Origin: Microthyrium microscopicum | Lineage: Eukaryota | Assembly: GCA_010405405.1 (NCBI GenBank) | Contig: MU004234.1 | Coordinates: 895,275-959,274 of the forward strand | Direction of reading: 5' to 3' | Length of the DNA: 64,000 bases | Part shown: positions 10,985 to 24,055 of the stretch, in pieces | Numbering within the stretch: position 1 is the stretch's first letter | How the letters are laid out: every line of letters begins with the position of its first letter | Translations under genes and position numbers: made by a program | Notes under the pieces: model-generated | The model's database searches: none | Told to the model about the DNA's origin: nothing | What the model saw: the letters and a program-made list of their open reading frames with translations, nothing else

Positions 10985-12822
10985 ATGGAACAAACAAATG
11001 GAGATCATAGCAACGGAGAACCAAGCGCACAGATGATGTACGACTTGTTGAAATCTATCCAAGGGAAACAGCAAGATCTTGAAAAGAGGTTGAAAGACTT
11101 GGAAGTACAACCGACTCCAACAGAAGGCACGAACGACCAAACTCCACACAATATGACTGAATTGATCGGCGCAATCGACCAGGGAACCACCAGCTCTCGA
11201 TTCCTGATATTCAACAGGCAAGGCGAACCAGTTGCTGAGCACCAAACTGAATTCAAGCAAATATATCCAAACTCGGGGTGAGTTACTTATTTCTCATTTG
11301 GACATCATATTCTAATGACCTGCTAGATGGCACGAGCATGATCCACTTGAACTAGTCTCATCTGTAGAAGGGTGTATAGCGGGTGCTGTCAAAGACCTCG
11401 AACAGAAAGGTGGTGATCTGAGAAATATCAAAGCCGTTGGCATTACGAATCAGCGCGAGACGACCGTGGTGTGGGATACACGAACTGGCGAACCGTTGCA
11501 CAATGCCATTGTCTGGACGGACACCAGAACCTCTGCCTTGGTGCGCGAACTTAAAACTCGACCTGGATTTGATGCACTGCAAGAGATATGTGGTTTGCCC
11601 TTGTCGACGTATCCATCTTGCTCCAAGCTCCTTTGGCTCCTCGAACACATACCCAAAGTTAAGGCTGCTTATAATGAAGGCCGCTTAGCATTTGGCACAG
11701 TCGACTCTTGGCTTGTATACAAGTTGAACGGTGGCCCGCAAGCCAATGTCCATGTATCAGATCCAACGAATGCTTCTCGCTCCATGTTTATGAACTTGAA
11801 AACCTGCGACTACGATAATCAGCTTCTCGATTTCTTCAAGCTTGATCGCAATAAGCTCCACTTACCGAAGATTGTTCGGTCATCTTGCCCAGATTCGTAT
11901 GGAAAGCTAGTGGGTGGAACTCTTGCTGGCATTCCTATAACAGGATGTCTGGGTGATCAGTCCGCAGCGCTGGTCGGCCAAAAAGGTTTCGAGCCCGGTA
12001 GAGCCAAGAACACATATGGCACTGGCTGTTTTCTACTTTACAATGTCGGAGAAGCTCCAGTGATATCAAAGCATGGGCTTCTCGCGACTGTTGCTTATTA
12101 CTTCGATGGCAAGCCAGTGTATGCTTTAGAAGGCAGCATTGCAGTCGCCGGCTCTGCTTTGAAGTTCCTAATCAACAACCTTAGTCTAGCCAAAGACTCG
12201 CGCGAGATTAACGAGCTCGCTGCTGGAGTCGAAGACAATGGTGGAGTTGTATTTGTTACTGCTTTCAGTGGTTTATTTGCGCCTTACTGGATTGACGATG
12301 TCAAGGGCACACTGCGTACGTTGCTTATAATCTTTTATCCAAGCCTGAAACTAAACAAAGTATATAGTCGGAATAACCCAATTCACCCAAAAGGGGCACA
12401 TTGCTCGTGCCGCGCTTGAAGCAGTTTGTTTTCAAACAAAGGCTATTCTTGATGCCATGGAAAAGGATAGTGGCCATCCTCTGCAAAGGCTTGCTGTAGA
12501 TGGAGGAATGAGTAATTCCGAGCTTTGCATGCAGGTGAGTTGACGCCAGCAATTTCACATTTTACTAGTGTCTAACAAGTTCTAGACTCAAGCAGATCTC
12601 ATCTCTATCCCAGTCGATCGACCAAAGATGAGAGAGACTACCGCTCTAGGAGCCGCCATTGCTGCTGGCCTTGCTGTCAAGGTTTGGAACAACATTGATG
12701 AGCTAAAAGACATCAACACGATAGGGGGAACGATATATGAACCCAAAATTACAAAGGAGGACAGCAGTAAGATGTTCACGCGCTGGGAGAAGGCAGTTTA
12801 TACGTCTTCTGGCTTTGTGTAA
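10985..12822 (+). CDS. GUT1: Glycerol kinase (FGGY family), 4 exons
   Basis: Motifs [52 protein letters not shown] and ETTALGAA. Introns start near 11278, 12315 and 12535. Start codon uncertain (ATG 10985 chosen). Confidence 0.95.
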
Positions 12823-12921
12823 TTCGCTCTTTAGGTATGTTTAAAAGAATGAAAAAAAGCATCGAACCAAACGCCTAATGATATGTTGTCGTTAAGCATA
12901 AACCACGCCTAAAGCAATCTC

Positions 12922-15769
12922 TCAGAGCAACGTAACACGTGCGACCGATATTGCACCAGTCTTTCTCTTACGTCCACGTCTTTCTTGAACAGCTGCATTG
13001 GTATTTGCAATCTTCAAGCAATTTTCCACCAAAAACTGGTCGCGTCCACCGCCTTCAGCTGCAGTCGCAATGATAATATAGTGACCCGCGAGCAATGCAA
13101 TATCTTGCATCCTAACTTGATCTTCTCGAACCGCTTCTTCAACCTCTTCCAATGGATTTGCAAAGTACGTTGTTGTATCTCCTACCAATCTGATCTCCAC
13201 CACCGTGGAGGAAAGCCATATAGTCGACTCTACCGTTCCTCTTTTCCCTTCGAAATGGACCGATGCGCCACCTTGGATTTGCAAAGAGGCCGGAGCAGAA
13301 AGCCTCAAATCATAATCATTCCAGTCGACGGTGGTCAATATGGTGCCACTGGTTGAATGCATGACACTCACAATCGGATCATCTGGCGCCGTTCGATCCT
13401 CACGGATGCGCTCACGCATACCTGCTGCCTGTTGCAAATTGGAGAGAACAGTGAGCAGCTTTTCCTTGACATATCGAATGGCGTCGCCGTCTAGACTAGC
13501 GGAGCCGCTCTTCACACAAGACTCATAGTATTGAACGACGTATTGCACTTCTCTGTTATCTTGGCTCATGATACTCAGAGCGTCACTGAGAGTAATCTTA
13601 CTGCCTTCTAGCTTGTAGTTAACGGCCAGAAGCATGCCGTTGTTGGTGGTCGCAATGTGTTTGGTTAGTTTACCTGAAGTCTGAATTTCTTTGAGCATTT
13701 TAATTTCTCTGCGGTTACCTCGGAAGGAGCGAAGACGATTTAAGCCTCTAGGTTGGGCTATCCAACTGTTGATTTGACGTATAAGTGGATTGATCACCCG
13801 AATAGCGCTTCTCGCTCCGGCGTTCAGGTCGTTTTCTGTAATCTCGAGATCGTAGTGGCGCCCATCCTCTTGACGAAGTGGGTAGGTTCCTATTCACAGT
13901 CAGCGCGCTGATAACTTCTTCCAGTATAAATGGTTACCTTGCATGAGACAAGAAATTCTCTCGTAGTCGACAGCACGAATGCTATACTTTTCATCATTGG
14001 TTAACTGTATAGTCAACTCCGATGTATCTTCGTCCTGTTGGATCATGGTTTGGAATCTTGGAATCTCATTGAATCGTAAAAGGTTTGCAGGGCCGGCAAA
14101 TTGCAGATTAGCGAAGACTTCAGAGGACTTGAAGCCTTCAGCTGGCCATTCAACGACCCAACTACGATTCGCTCTGCCATGACATTCGCTGTTGCCAGGC
14201 AGGAAGTAGCCAAGTTGGAGAATGTGCGTTAGAAAGGTATCCCAGTATGCGGAGAACTGGTAATTTTCCGGGTCTTTCGGTGCTCCTTGAGCACCTTCAA
14301 AGGTTGGAATCAACGCTTTCAAGAAAACCTTGGAATTAATGGATAGAAGTGGAAGCACTTTCAAGCATAGAAGCTCAACACTCTTTCGATCCGCCTTGAT
14401 TCCATAGGTGCTTTCAGTGAAGTCTTTGATTTCGCTTAAATCTCGATCATTCAAGAAAGATAGAAGCAATGTGAACATCTGGAGGAACTTTGGTCGAATA
14501 AATTTCTGTGCCTTTTCGTCTTCATCAAGGATCTTGTACACCGCATTACTGAGGAGAAGTATTTTGCGAATACTTTCGGAGGTAGCCAGAGTAGTAAAAT
14601 GCCTCCCATGGTTTACCCCGTATCTGGTGTCCTTTGACATTGTGATGTGAGGGCGCGTAGCCATTCGGAAGAGTAACGGACTCTTTTCACACAAGCGCCG
14701 TACATCTTCCATCATTGATTCGAGCAAATCTTTAGCATCGTTGAAGTTTTCGGCAGCTCCACCTTGCTGGGTCAAAAGTCTATATTTGACAATCACGTTC
14801 ATCATGGCATGACCGTCCACCTCAATCAAAGTGCTTTCAAGGTCGAATTGACCTTGATGTAGACGCAAATCCTGTACCATCTTAACGTGGTCGCTGTCGA
14901 TAGTCACAGTTCCACGCCCTCGTAGCCATTCTGGTGGAGCTGGGGGTGGAAATGATATTGGATATCGTTGACTCAAGCGATCTCTTGCTGTTCTTGCATA
15001 ATCGATAGTCTTGTCGTGGCGAATAATTGATAAATCCGACGTGACTTCAAAATCAAACAGTAGCCTACCAGCTGTGTCGACTCGCCACATGGAATTCATT
15101 TGATCAGCCATTTTACTGGACATGTTGGTGGATTCTAACAAAGTGACTCTCGTCTTGTCCGACCCGGGAAGGAAACAGATCCCCACGTTGAGTACCGGTG
15201 CATCTGGTATGATTTCTCGAACTTGATTGCCATCAACGTAGGATCTCCGATAAGTAGAGTCCGCAGTTCGCTCAAGGCGCATTATCATGAGTTCTGGAGT
15301 CTCAAGTGCCATGATCTCGGTCTTGATTCCATCGTACACAGTATGGATCGTCTCTGCAGTCTGTTGTCTTCTCTCGGATTTTGTTATAGCTTGGATAGTT
15401 TCATCGGACTCCATACTGCCGACAGTCGGAGGTGCTGAACGTGGAGGTTGTACTGCTTCCATGCCTCCGATAGACATGGCTGCGGTGTCTGTCGTAAGGC
15501 TCTCACGGTATGCCGATGGCAAAGAACCATTCACGGGGTCTTGAAAAGGGTTGTCCTCGGACATGTGCGGCCTTGGGGTAGAGTTGAATTGATTCTGCAT
15601 GGGAGCTCTATTATACCCCGAAGAATTGGAGCTGGCTGCTCTTGGTCCAGGAGGCATTGGTGCTTGTCGTCTATAAGCAGCAGACGCTGGCATGTACGCT
15701 GGAGCTTCTGGTCCATTCTTCAACGAATTAGTATTGACACTGCATCTCAATATAGGCTCAACTCACCAT
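12922..15769 (-). CDS. Large uncharacterised protein (916 aa, 3 exons); possibly of dsRNA-mycovirus (chrysovirus-like) origin
   Basis: ATG-only exon 15769-15767, then intron 15766-15718 (GTGAGT...ACTAAT...AAG), exon 15717-13938, 48-nt intron 13937-13890 (GTAACC...GCTGAC...TAG) and exon 13889-12922. The second intron removes the two in-frame stops that split the ORF-track entries. The gene model is well supported; the viral origin is inference only. Confidence 0.82.
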
Positions 15770-17277
15770 GACGGGCACCTCCTTATGAAATTCGACCACC
15801 AGGGGACGATTTGAATCTTTGGATAAGAATTGCTTTATGTTTTGCCGAAGATAATCCCAAGAAGCAAGTAGATCTAGAGGTCTCATGAACTTTCTTGACA
15901 GTGAATACAGGGTTAACCGGCAGGTCAGGCTGTATTGACCAGGTCACAAGATGAACCGCAAAACGCGCGAGTACTAGGTGGGATATGTATAAAACTCCAC
16001 AACCTGGCCTTCAAACTTGATTTCTGGGCTGATTCTCATGGTAGTCGCAGTCAAGGCTAAGGAAATTCATCAGGCTGAGGAGACAAAACGAGAGCTGTAT
16101 GCGGGATTTAGGTTCAAGAAGCACAACTACTTCGACCTATCAGACCATGACAGGTCTCACAATAGCTATCATCCTATTCCAACGCCAGATTAGTGTAATG
16201 GCAAAGGGTAGTGCCTTTTCAGCCTTACGCTGTTACAATCACCAAGGTTGAAGAAGGCAGATTTGGTCCATCGACAGCAGAAGACGTGATTCAACTGATA
16301 GACGGAATACATGTCCAACCCCAATAACTCTGCTGTCTGCCATCACTACTCATAGAGAGCTTATTGTCTAGTTCTCATCAGAAACACTGAATAAGGTCCA
16401 TCTAGGAACTCGATGTGAAACAAAATGCTTCATGCTAAAGCTCAATAACCAAGGTAAACCGAGGCTGAGCACACGCGCCACTGATTTTGTCCATTGTTCC
16501 GCAAATATCAACGTGAATGCCTAACTGTGAATACTCCGCCATTCCATTCTCTATGGGAATCTATATTTTAAAGCAGTTTTCCTTCTCGAGGCCGCTTTGA
16601 CAACATCGGATCAACGGGCGGTGCTTCTGGATGTCTAGAGCGGAGCTACTCATCAGGCTGCATATAAGCTAAGCCCGATATGTACTAGAGTGATAGTAGC
16701 TGAGCTCCCATTGGCCAACCAGGCATATAAATCATGCGCCCAGCCTTGTCCAGCGTCCATGAAAGTGAGGCAAGGCACATCGCTTGCTGTGGGTGTCTGC
16801 ATACTTCGAAAATCTGGGCTCGAAGCGCGGAATATTCTGGTCAATGCCTTGGCTGCCCACGCCGAGCTGTGCCTTTGTACAAAGCCGCTGCTGGAAGTAA
16901 GAATGGCTTGTTTAAAGACACACATGGGCACCATGTTACAATACCGTGATTTGTACGACCAAGTCGTTCGATTACTCCCTTCTTTCATTCAAAATGAAAA
17001 GTCTAGCAACCAAGTTTATGGCTTTGAAGCTCTTCATAATCCCACTGCTGGCGGGAACTAAGGCGCAGGGTGCAGGTATGTGCAGTTTAGGCTCAGAATA
17101 GAAGATGCCTGAAGCTATCTTTCCGTCCAGTGATTGAGATTTTCCTTTATGGCGTTGAATTCACACGATTGCGTTTGAGTTTAACAATACAAAGCCATTT
17201 TACATGCCAGACGAACAACATCTAATTACACATTGAGCATTTGACATTACGAGGACCAGACCGCTAATCTATTCAAG

Positions 17278-18322
17278 GAACCTGCTATTTCCCAACGGGA
17301 AATATAGCAAACGGGTATACCGCTTGTGCTTCGACAGTACCGGTATCAAATTGTTGCCCAAATGGATACACCTGCTTTTCAAATGCGCTGTGTATAATCA
17401 CCGATGCTCATGGAGCAACGTCCAATGCTCCTGTGGGTACTACGCTTCGGGCGGCTTGTACCAATCCATCCTGGAATTTTGCTATTTGCGGCAGCTTTTG
17501 TCTTTGTTAGTCTTTCTAGATCTAACGTCATCCAAAAGTAATACAGCGGATACTAATTCTATAGTAGCTGATGCGAATCAGAGTGGTAAGATGGACCGCT
17601 GCGGTAGTCCAAATCAATATTGCTGTGGAGCGGACCAAGACTCCGGAGGCTGCAATTGTTCTAATGGAAATGGGACTATCACTGTCGATCCTGGAGTAGT
17701 GCAAGGGGTGATTGGTGTCTTCATATCTGCTTCGACTTCCATTCCAGCCTTTACCACATCTACAATTTCCGCAAACTCCACTCCAAGCTCCCAAACTTCA
17801 ACGTTGACATCAGCCTCGACAACGGGTGCTTCCGCACTCCCCTTTCAACAGCCAAAGAAAAAAGTCACTGAATCCATTGGGTTCAAAGTCGGAATATCAT
17901 TTGGCATTTTGTTACTGGTTTTACCTCTAATTGGCTGGGGACTATACCGTCTTCATGATCGCATCAAATATCATCGAACCGAGATGGTTGCCAAGAAGCG
18001 TCAGTCAATCAACACTAACAGCACTTACGTAGGATCAGGTAATGGGAATGGTTACACAGGACAGTTCGTTATGAACAATATCTCGCCCAGTCGCATTCAG
18101 TCGCCTGCGCCTTATAATCCCAATAACGACTATGAGGCAGCAGCACCTCGAGGACCAAGTAGATCTACTACCCCAGCGAACACGCTACAATCTTTCGAAA
18201 GTGCCCAGGACACCAATCCTAGCACCATATCTGGTCTTACCGCGCGGCCACAATCTTTAGATAATCCAGTCTACGGGCATGTACCTATTCCAGAGCGTCC
18301 AGGTAGTGGAGAACGATATTGA
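17278..18322 (+). CDS. Single-pass membrane protein: Cys-rich extracellular domain, Ser/Thr stalk, TM helix, cytoplasmic tail (5' end unresolved)
   Basis: An exon reading TCYFPTGNIANGYTAC...NCCPNGYTCFSNALC...RAACTNPSW...CGSFCL splices via an intron from 17506 to about 17567 into the frame of ORF 17324-18322 (YCCG...CNC, S/T stalk, TM VGISFGILLLVLPLIGWGLY). Confidence 0.75.
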
Positions 18323-19255
18323 TGGATGGTCTACTGGTTTTCCATCTCCTTTAGCAATATACGCATACGTTTACGATACAATTTTTGAGTTTAATATCGT
18401 ATTCGTTGTACATAGAACATTTTAAGAAACTGTACTCTATCGTTTTCTTTCTCAAAAATTTGAAGCACGCTCAAAGCGTGACTGACTAATCGGCTCAAAT
18501 CTCTCAATTCTTGTACAACCCGAGTAGGCGATTGTCTTCATGATAGGAAATTTTTGAGTATAAAGCTTTTATAGGGTGATTTGAGCTGCCTAATTTCATT
18601 CTCCGATTCCTTCTTGGACCTGTAAGTTGAAGTAAACACATGAAGTTGAGCAAAACTCTATCAGTCGTCTTGCCTTCATATGCCTCCCAGCCACACAATT
18701 TTGGTGTATTAATGCAACTCCATGCCTGGATGGCCATTGCCACCGAATGTACAGGCTTGCCAAGTACTGCACTACCAGTGCTAAGATCTGGTTCTGGTTA
18801 TCATCTCTAGTCACGGCTGGCAGTGGATCCACGATCAACCATCGTAGGTCTTGTGAACAATAGATCTGACCCTCAGAACATTTTCACTAACCACAGACGG
18901 GTTAAGAATAAAGCTAAGAAACTCAGACTCGAGCATTCAGCCAATTGATTTGCTATCTTGTTGGGGTGGCTTTCGCGGTGATCATTTTTGTCTCGTAGGA
19001 TATCATTTTCCTGTAGCCGAAAATGCTTCAAGCCTTCAACGCAAAAGCCAGCCAATAATTCCGTCTCCATTTCTCCAGATCAGCAGAGCACTAACAATGC
19101 ACGAAATCTGGGGAGCCTGCTAGTAAAATTCGTTTGAAGATCAGAAAAGGGGAATGTATATAAACACTGACTCGGAATGGCTCCGCTGTCTTCTTCTCTG
19201 TCTTTTTCTCAGGAGCTACTTCTGAGTGCATTTTTGATTTCATCTTTCCACCAAG

Positions 19256-21203
19256 ATGTCTTCAACCGAGAAGGGCGAGCCCATACAAAAGCACGAAGTT
19301 GACCATTCATCACATGCAGCACATTCACCGGACGTTGATGATAAAGCTCAAACCTATATTCCTGAGAATGACGAAGATTATGTTGTCACGTAAGTTCAAA
19401 GACACTTCTCAAAGTTACCGATTGCTAACCTGAACGGTTTATAGGTTCAAAACATGGATTGTCGTCTGTATCCTATCGCTATCCTACGGAATATCTTTCT
19501 GGATTGTCCCATCGGTCTCTCCAGCTGGAGCTGTAATAGCCACCCAGCTCGGTGACGCAACGCAGTCGGCTTGGTATATCAGTATCTATACAATGACTAT
19601 CACCATCGCGTTCATGATATGCGGTGCCAACTCGGATCTGTTCGGACGTCGATGGTTTATCTGTGGAGGAAATATCCTGCTCTTCGTCGGGTTCTTGGTC
19701 GGCGGCAGAGCCACAAATAATACGCAGATGATTGTCGCTTTCGCCTTGATTGGGTTCGGCGCTGGAAATGCACAGCTGGCAGCTTTTGCTCTACCAGGTG
19801 AGACGATATGGTTGGACCTGAACATTACAAATGCTAATCAGCCCAAGAACTGCTCCCCAACAAATGGCGACACGCTGCAGTTGTCATCGCTGACTTCGGA
19901 GTCCTGTTTTCGGTTGTTGTAGGGCCCATTGCTGGACGATATGCTGGTGCACATGGTGAAGCCTGGCGATGGCTTTTCTATGCCCCAACAATTGCGATAT
20001 TCTTTTCGTTCTTAGGATTGTTCTTCTTCTACTTCCCGCCGAAACATCCTCGGGGTCTGCCGTTTGGCGAAGCTCTTCGACAATTGGACTATGGTGGTGC
20101 TATCTTATTTACCATCAGCACGATCCTTATTTTAACCGGAATTGTGTATACCACAACTTTGAAATCATCCGATCCCAAAGTTATAGGAACACTGAGTGCC
20201 GGCTTTGGACTCATGGTAGTTTTTGCTTTATACGAGACTTTTGCTCCTTTAAAACAACCACTCACTCCCACTCGAGTATTTACCCGTGGTAAAGGAAGAG
20301 AATTGACAGCTCCATTTGTCGCAGCTTTTGTTGTAACGGTAATTGTCCAAGTTCTCAGACAAGGATTTAAATTAACGCTGTTCAAGATGTTCTACTACGC
20401 CGTAAATGTCATCTATCCTACCATGATCAACGTGTTCTATTCCACGGAGGGCGATTACAAGTACCAAGCTATTCTCACGCTTCCTCAAAATCTGGGCCTC
20501 ACTTTGGGTGCCCTCATACTGATGACCTGTGGTACAAGAATTGGTCACTGGCGATGGTCCTTGACAGGAAGTGTTACCATAATGGTTGTTTTTGGCGCTT
20601 TACTTGCCTTGGGAACACCAGAACGAAAAGGCATGATCATCGCCTTCGTTTTCATTCAACAAATTGGCTTTGGGTTTGCTCAATATCTATCAATCGCCTT
20701 TGTACAGTTTGGCTGTGACCAAACCGAGCTTGGGATCTCTGGTGGCCTTGCGTCGGTACTCTTTATTCCCTCCGATGGTATCTTACTGACTTGATTACAG
20801 TGGTGTTGCTCGCTTCGCTGGTGGAGCTGTCGCCATATCCATTTACACCACCATTCTCACCAATGTTGTGAGCACTCATGTAGCCAGATTAGTGCCAGCA
20901 GCAGCAACAGCAGCAGGTCTACCCGCTGGGTCTGTAGCTGCGCTAATAGCCGCCCTTCCACTTGGGTCGGCCGCAGTTGCCAAAGTTCCTGGTATTACCA
21001 CTGACATAGCATTGGCAGCAGGAGGCGCTTTCCAGCAAGCCTATGTCGCTGGTCTCAGAGTCACTGCACTTTCATCTCTGGCTTTTGGTATCCCTGGCAT
21101 CATTGCCTGCATCTGTTGCAACGACATTGGCAAGAAAATGAACAACAAGATTGAGATTTTCCTAGAGAACGACGAGAATGCAGACAAGAATGTGTATCAT
21201 TGA
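19256..21203 (+). CDS. MFS transporter, fungal trichothecene-efflux-pump (TRI12)-like family, multi-exon
   Basis: Many TM segments. Motifs GANSDLFGRRWF (MFS motif A-like), FYFPPKHPRG, LDYGGAILF and ELGISGGLA. Introns near 19389, 19798, 20339 and 20752. Confidence 0.88.
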
Positions 21204-21455
21204 TGTGGACAACACGCCTATTGAGATTTTGAGTTGAGGGAGCTCAGTGAGGAGGTGGATTCACTCTCATCTCGTCCACGGTCCCAAGATTGATTCTACT
21301 GTGTTGTCACGAAATCTAATCTTGTCATATGCCCCTTGAGATGCTGGTGGCATGCTCAAACCTACTGAGACGCATATATTAGTCGTAATGATGAAAGCAA
21401 GGATGAAATTAATTGATTGAAAACGATTTCCAGCTACTTGTTGTACAACGTGACA

Positions 21456-21986
21456 ATGGAGAAAATAGGTCACGTCTGGTTACTTATTCGTGGGTATTTA
21501 GCCAGACCTTCTAGTCGCTACCGCTTTTCAGGCCCGGATCCTTTCGATAATGGTTGGAATTCGCACGCAACCGGGGATGCTGCTTTCTCAACTTCGGTGA
21601 CGGAAAGCCGATCTCAAAGTGGTCCCCATGCGAAAGGGAAGCCTCGTAATGGTCGGCGGTCTTCGCTACGAACTCCTAAGCCTAAAACCGAATCTGAACT
21701 CGATAGAAACGCTGCTCTGCGGCGGAAGGCACGCGAAAATATGGAACGAGACCAGAGATATCGTTCTGAGGAAGAAGAGGAGGAGGAGGAGGAAGAGCCT
21801 GCAGAGAGAGGTCGATTTCAGCCCTCGAGCAATGCAGAAAGAAAAAATACACACGATGGATATCTGAAGAGTATACTCAAAGAAACAAAACCTGTCGCTT
21901 ACAGACCAAAGCCTCCAATGCCCGCCTTCGATGCTATGCTTGCAGAGATAAGGAGCACACGCAATCAATCTCAGTCGAGGAACTAA
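21456..21986 (+). CDS. Possible small charged hypothetical protein with poly-Glu tract
   Basis: Open frame 21417-21986 with first ATG at 21456. Basic and acidic low-complexity composition; no known motif. Confidence 0.4.
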   Translation: MEKIGHVWLLIRGYLARPSSRYRFSGPDPFDNGWNSHATGDAAFSTSVTESRSQSGPHAKGKPRNGRRSSLRTPKPKTESELDRNAALRRKARENMERDQRYRSEEEEEEEEEEPAERGRFQPSSNAERKNTHDGYLKSILKETKPVAYRPKPPMPAFDAMLAEIRSTRNQSQSRN

Positions 21987-22144
21987 TTTGGCAGGAGAAG
22001 GCGCCAGCTTAGTACCTTAGCATTCAAAAAGATAGGTTTCTATATCCTCCAGTACCCTTCTATATTTGTAAAGCAGTTAATGTCATCAAAACGCTGGCTA
22101 CGCTATACATGCGTCAAATTTCATATCATCGTGTTCCTTCCTCC

Positions 22145-22864
22145 CTAAAACAACCAACACGCTCCTATAACCACAACCACCAACGCCAACCTCGCGTCTA
22201 CCGTCCAACCCCTTTCCCCAGCCGATGTAATCTTAGCCTTCACCGCCAGCTCCTCAGTCGGCAACGCCGGTCTAGCCGTCCCAAATAAATCTCCGAGCCC
22301 ACCTTCCACCGCTCCCGCGCTCGCTCCAGCAACACTGCCGTCCAGCACCGTCTGCTGTGGAATCACCCATCTCTTCTTCGCCAGCTCAGCGTGCTCCCAG
22401 GCACCCGTTTGTACTGCTCGGAAACTAGCTCCTCCACTGACAACGCGCGTTGTTTGCAAGTCGCACGCTTGTATGGTCCCAGCAGACAGCGAACAGGAGG
22501 TTATGCCAGTTTCTGCCGTGGCTTTTGCACGATCGGTGATTACATATGTCCAGTCGAGCTCTGTGCCGGCATCTAGGACAGACAAGGTGATAGCGTAGCG
22601 TGGATGTGATTGGGTCGCACGCCAATAGGTTGTGGACTTGGTGGTTGTTGCGATTAAGTCCGAGAGACGAACGGCGTAGGCGTAGGGGTTGCGGATTATT
22701 GTTGGTGCAGGTGTTATGGACGGCTGTATTGATGTTTGGAGCGTTGTGTGTGTAGCGACTGGTTGAGATTCAGCCATGAAGACTGGGGACGCTGTTTGTG
22801 TTGCGACAGCATGTGTTGTTGATGCTATTATAAGTGCGGAGGCTATTGATGTAGAGAAATGCAT
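22145..22864 (-). CDS. Secreted Thr-rich protein, likely GPI-anchored or cell-surface, 239 aa
   Basis: N-terminal signal peptide MHFSTSIASALIIASTTHA, Thr/Ser-rich body with one Cys pair (C-S-L...A-C), and a hydrophobic C-terminus (LALVVVVIGACWLF) preceded by SAG. Confidence 0.8.
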   Translation of the reverse strand: MHFSTSIASALIIASTTHAVATQTASPVFMAESQPVATHTTLQTSIQPSITPAPTIIRNPYAYAVRLSDLIATTTKSTTYWRATQSHPRYAITLSVLDAGTELDWTYVITDRAKATAETGITSCSLSAGTIQACDLQTTRVVSGGASFRAVQTGAWEHAELAKKRWVIPQQTVLDGSVAGASAGAVEGGLGDLFGTARPALPTEELAVKAKITSAGERGWTVDARLALVVVVIGACWLF

Positions 22865-23330
22865 TGTGAAAGTTCGTTTTGCGGTCGATTTTGGAATTTG
22901 TATGGTGTAGCTCTCTTTTGATACTATAGTGTATTATGTTAAGGAACTAATCGGTGTTTATGGCGATGGAGTACTGTCAGGACGCTATACTTCAAAGAGT
23001 ATCTGGCCATAATGAGGGTGTCTTATACCGATAGCTCTGTGCCGCTTTGTGTAACTTGACAACATTGAAGGTTTGCCTTGTGGTTAATAGCTAGAGCCAA
23101 GGTTGAAAACGTGTGGCAAGGTAAATCCTACCAATCTAGCTTTGTAGCTTTAATTAGCTGATCTACAGACAACCCTAGATCCGATCACCGGAAACGGAAA
23201 GGTTCAAGGAGACAAGTAGGCATCAAAAATAGGTAGGGCTGGCCAGTGCGTCGAAGGAATGAATTCAAAAGTGTATGGGGTATCTTAAAAATAAACGAAG
23301 ACAGAGAAATCAGAATTGCGTGCCCTTTTT

Positions 23331-24055
23331 TCAACCAAATGTTGGAGTAATTGAATATCCCACGCTCAGCTCATCTCCAGTTTTAAAGCACTGGAGAAAC
23401 AAAATTATGAGTTTCTTGATTTCGAAGAGAAGTTGTTAGGAAGTAACTCACATTAAACAAACCATCGACTCCCTCGTCCGGACTGGGCGAAAAGTTGCCT
23501 ATATAGCACCAAAGACTATCTGCATCTTTCAGTCGTAGTTTGCCGCGTAAGAACGATATCACGGCACTGAATGGCCGTGTAGCCGTAATTTTATATCGCG
23601 TTTGCTTCAATGATGGCGCATCGCGTAATGGATTGAAATGCACCGTAACTGTTCATGAAATTAGTTCTTGCCACCCACTACCGCACGAATTAATACGTTG
23701 GCTATAACATACTTTTCGGCGGCGCGGTATCTCTTGCGCCAGTCGCTGTTTCCAAGGCCTTGCGTGCATCGCCTGGTAACGTCGTCAGGATAACACTTGC
23801 ACTCATGGTCATCGGCATATCTGTCTCGGCCGTTTGATCCGGAATCGGAGCTGGCGTAACAATCGCACCGCTAGGCCCAGGCGAGGCTGGAGACTGCTGC
23901 CGCGCCATAGGAGAGGACATGGCACCGCGATTCTGTGGGTGTCTTGGAGATCCAGGTAGCGGAGGTGGATGATATGGAACCTGTGGAGATGGTGATGGCT
24001 GGCGAGGAGAGGTTGTGTCGGAGGCTTCCTTGGAGGGTCGCTGAGGTGCGGACAT
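23331..24055 (-). CDS. ATG12: Ubiquitin-like autophagy protein Atg12, 3 exons
   Basis: MSASVILTTLP...AL in the N-terminal region, then VTVHFNPLRDAPSLKQ...FSAVISFLRGKL...FSPSPDEGVDGLFN, spliced to CFKTGDELSVGYSITPTFG ending in the conjugation Gly (TGA 23333-23331). Confidence 0.92.

Noticed and set aside
13894..13902. Stop-codon readthrough or two separate genes at TGA-CTG-TGA
   Set aside because: Both stops lie inside a canonical 48-nt intron with donor, branch point and acceptor, so splicing explains them.
16653..17061. Overlapping 111-123 aa ORFs upstream of the virus-like gene
   Set aside because: No motif, codon bias or splice support; cannot be linked to the neighbouring gene.
19256..21203. 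Trichothecene or other secondary-metabolite cluster implied by the TRI12-like pump
   Set aside because: No terpene cyclase, PKS, NRPS or P450 in the window, and this MFS family is common outside clusters.
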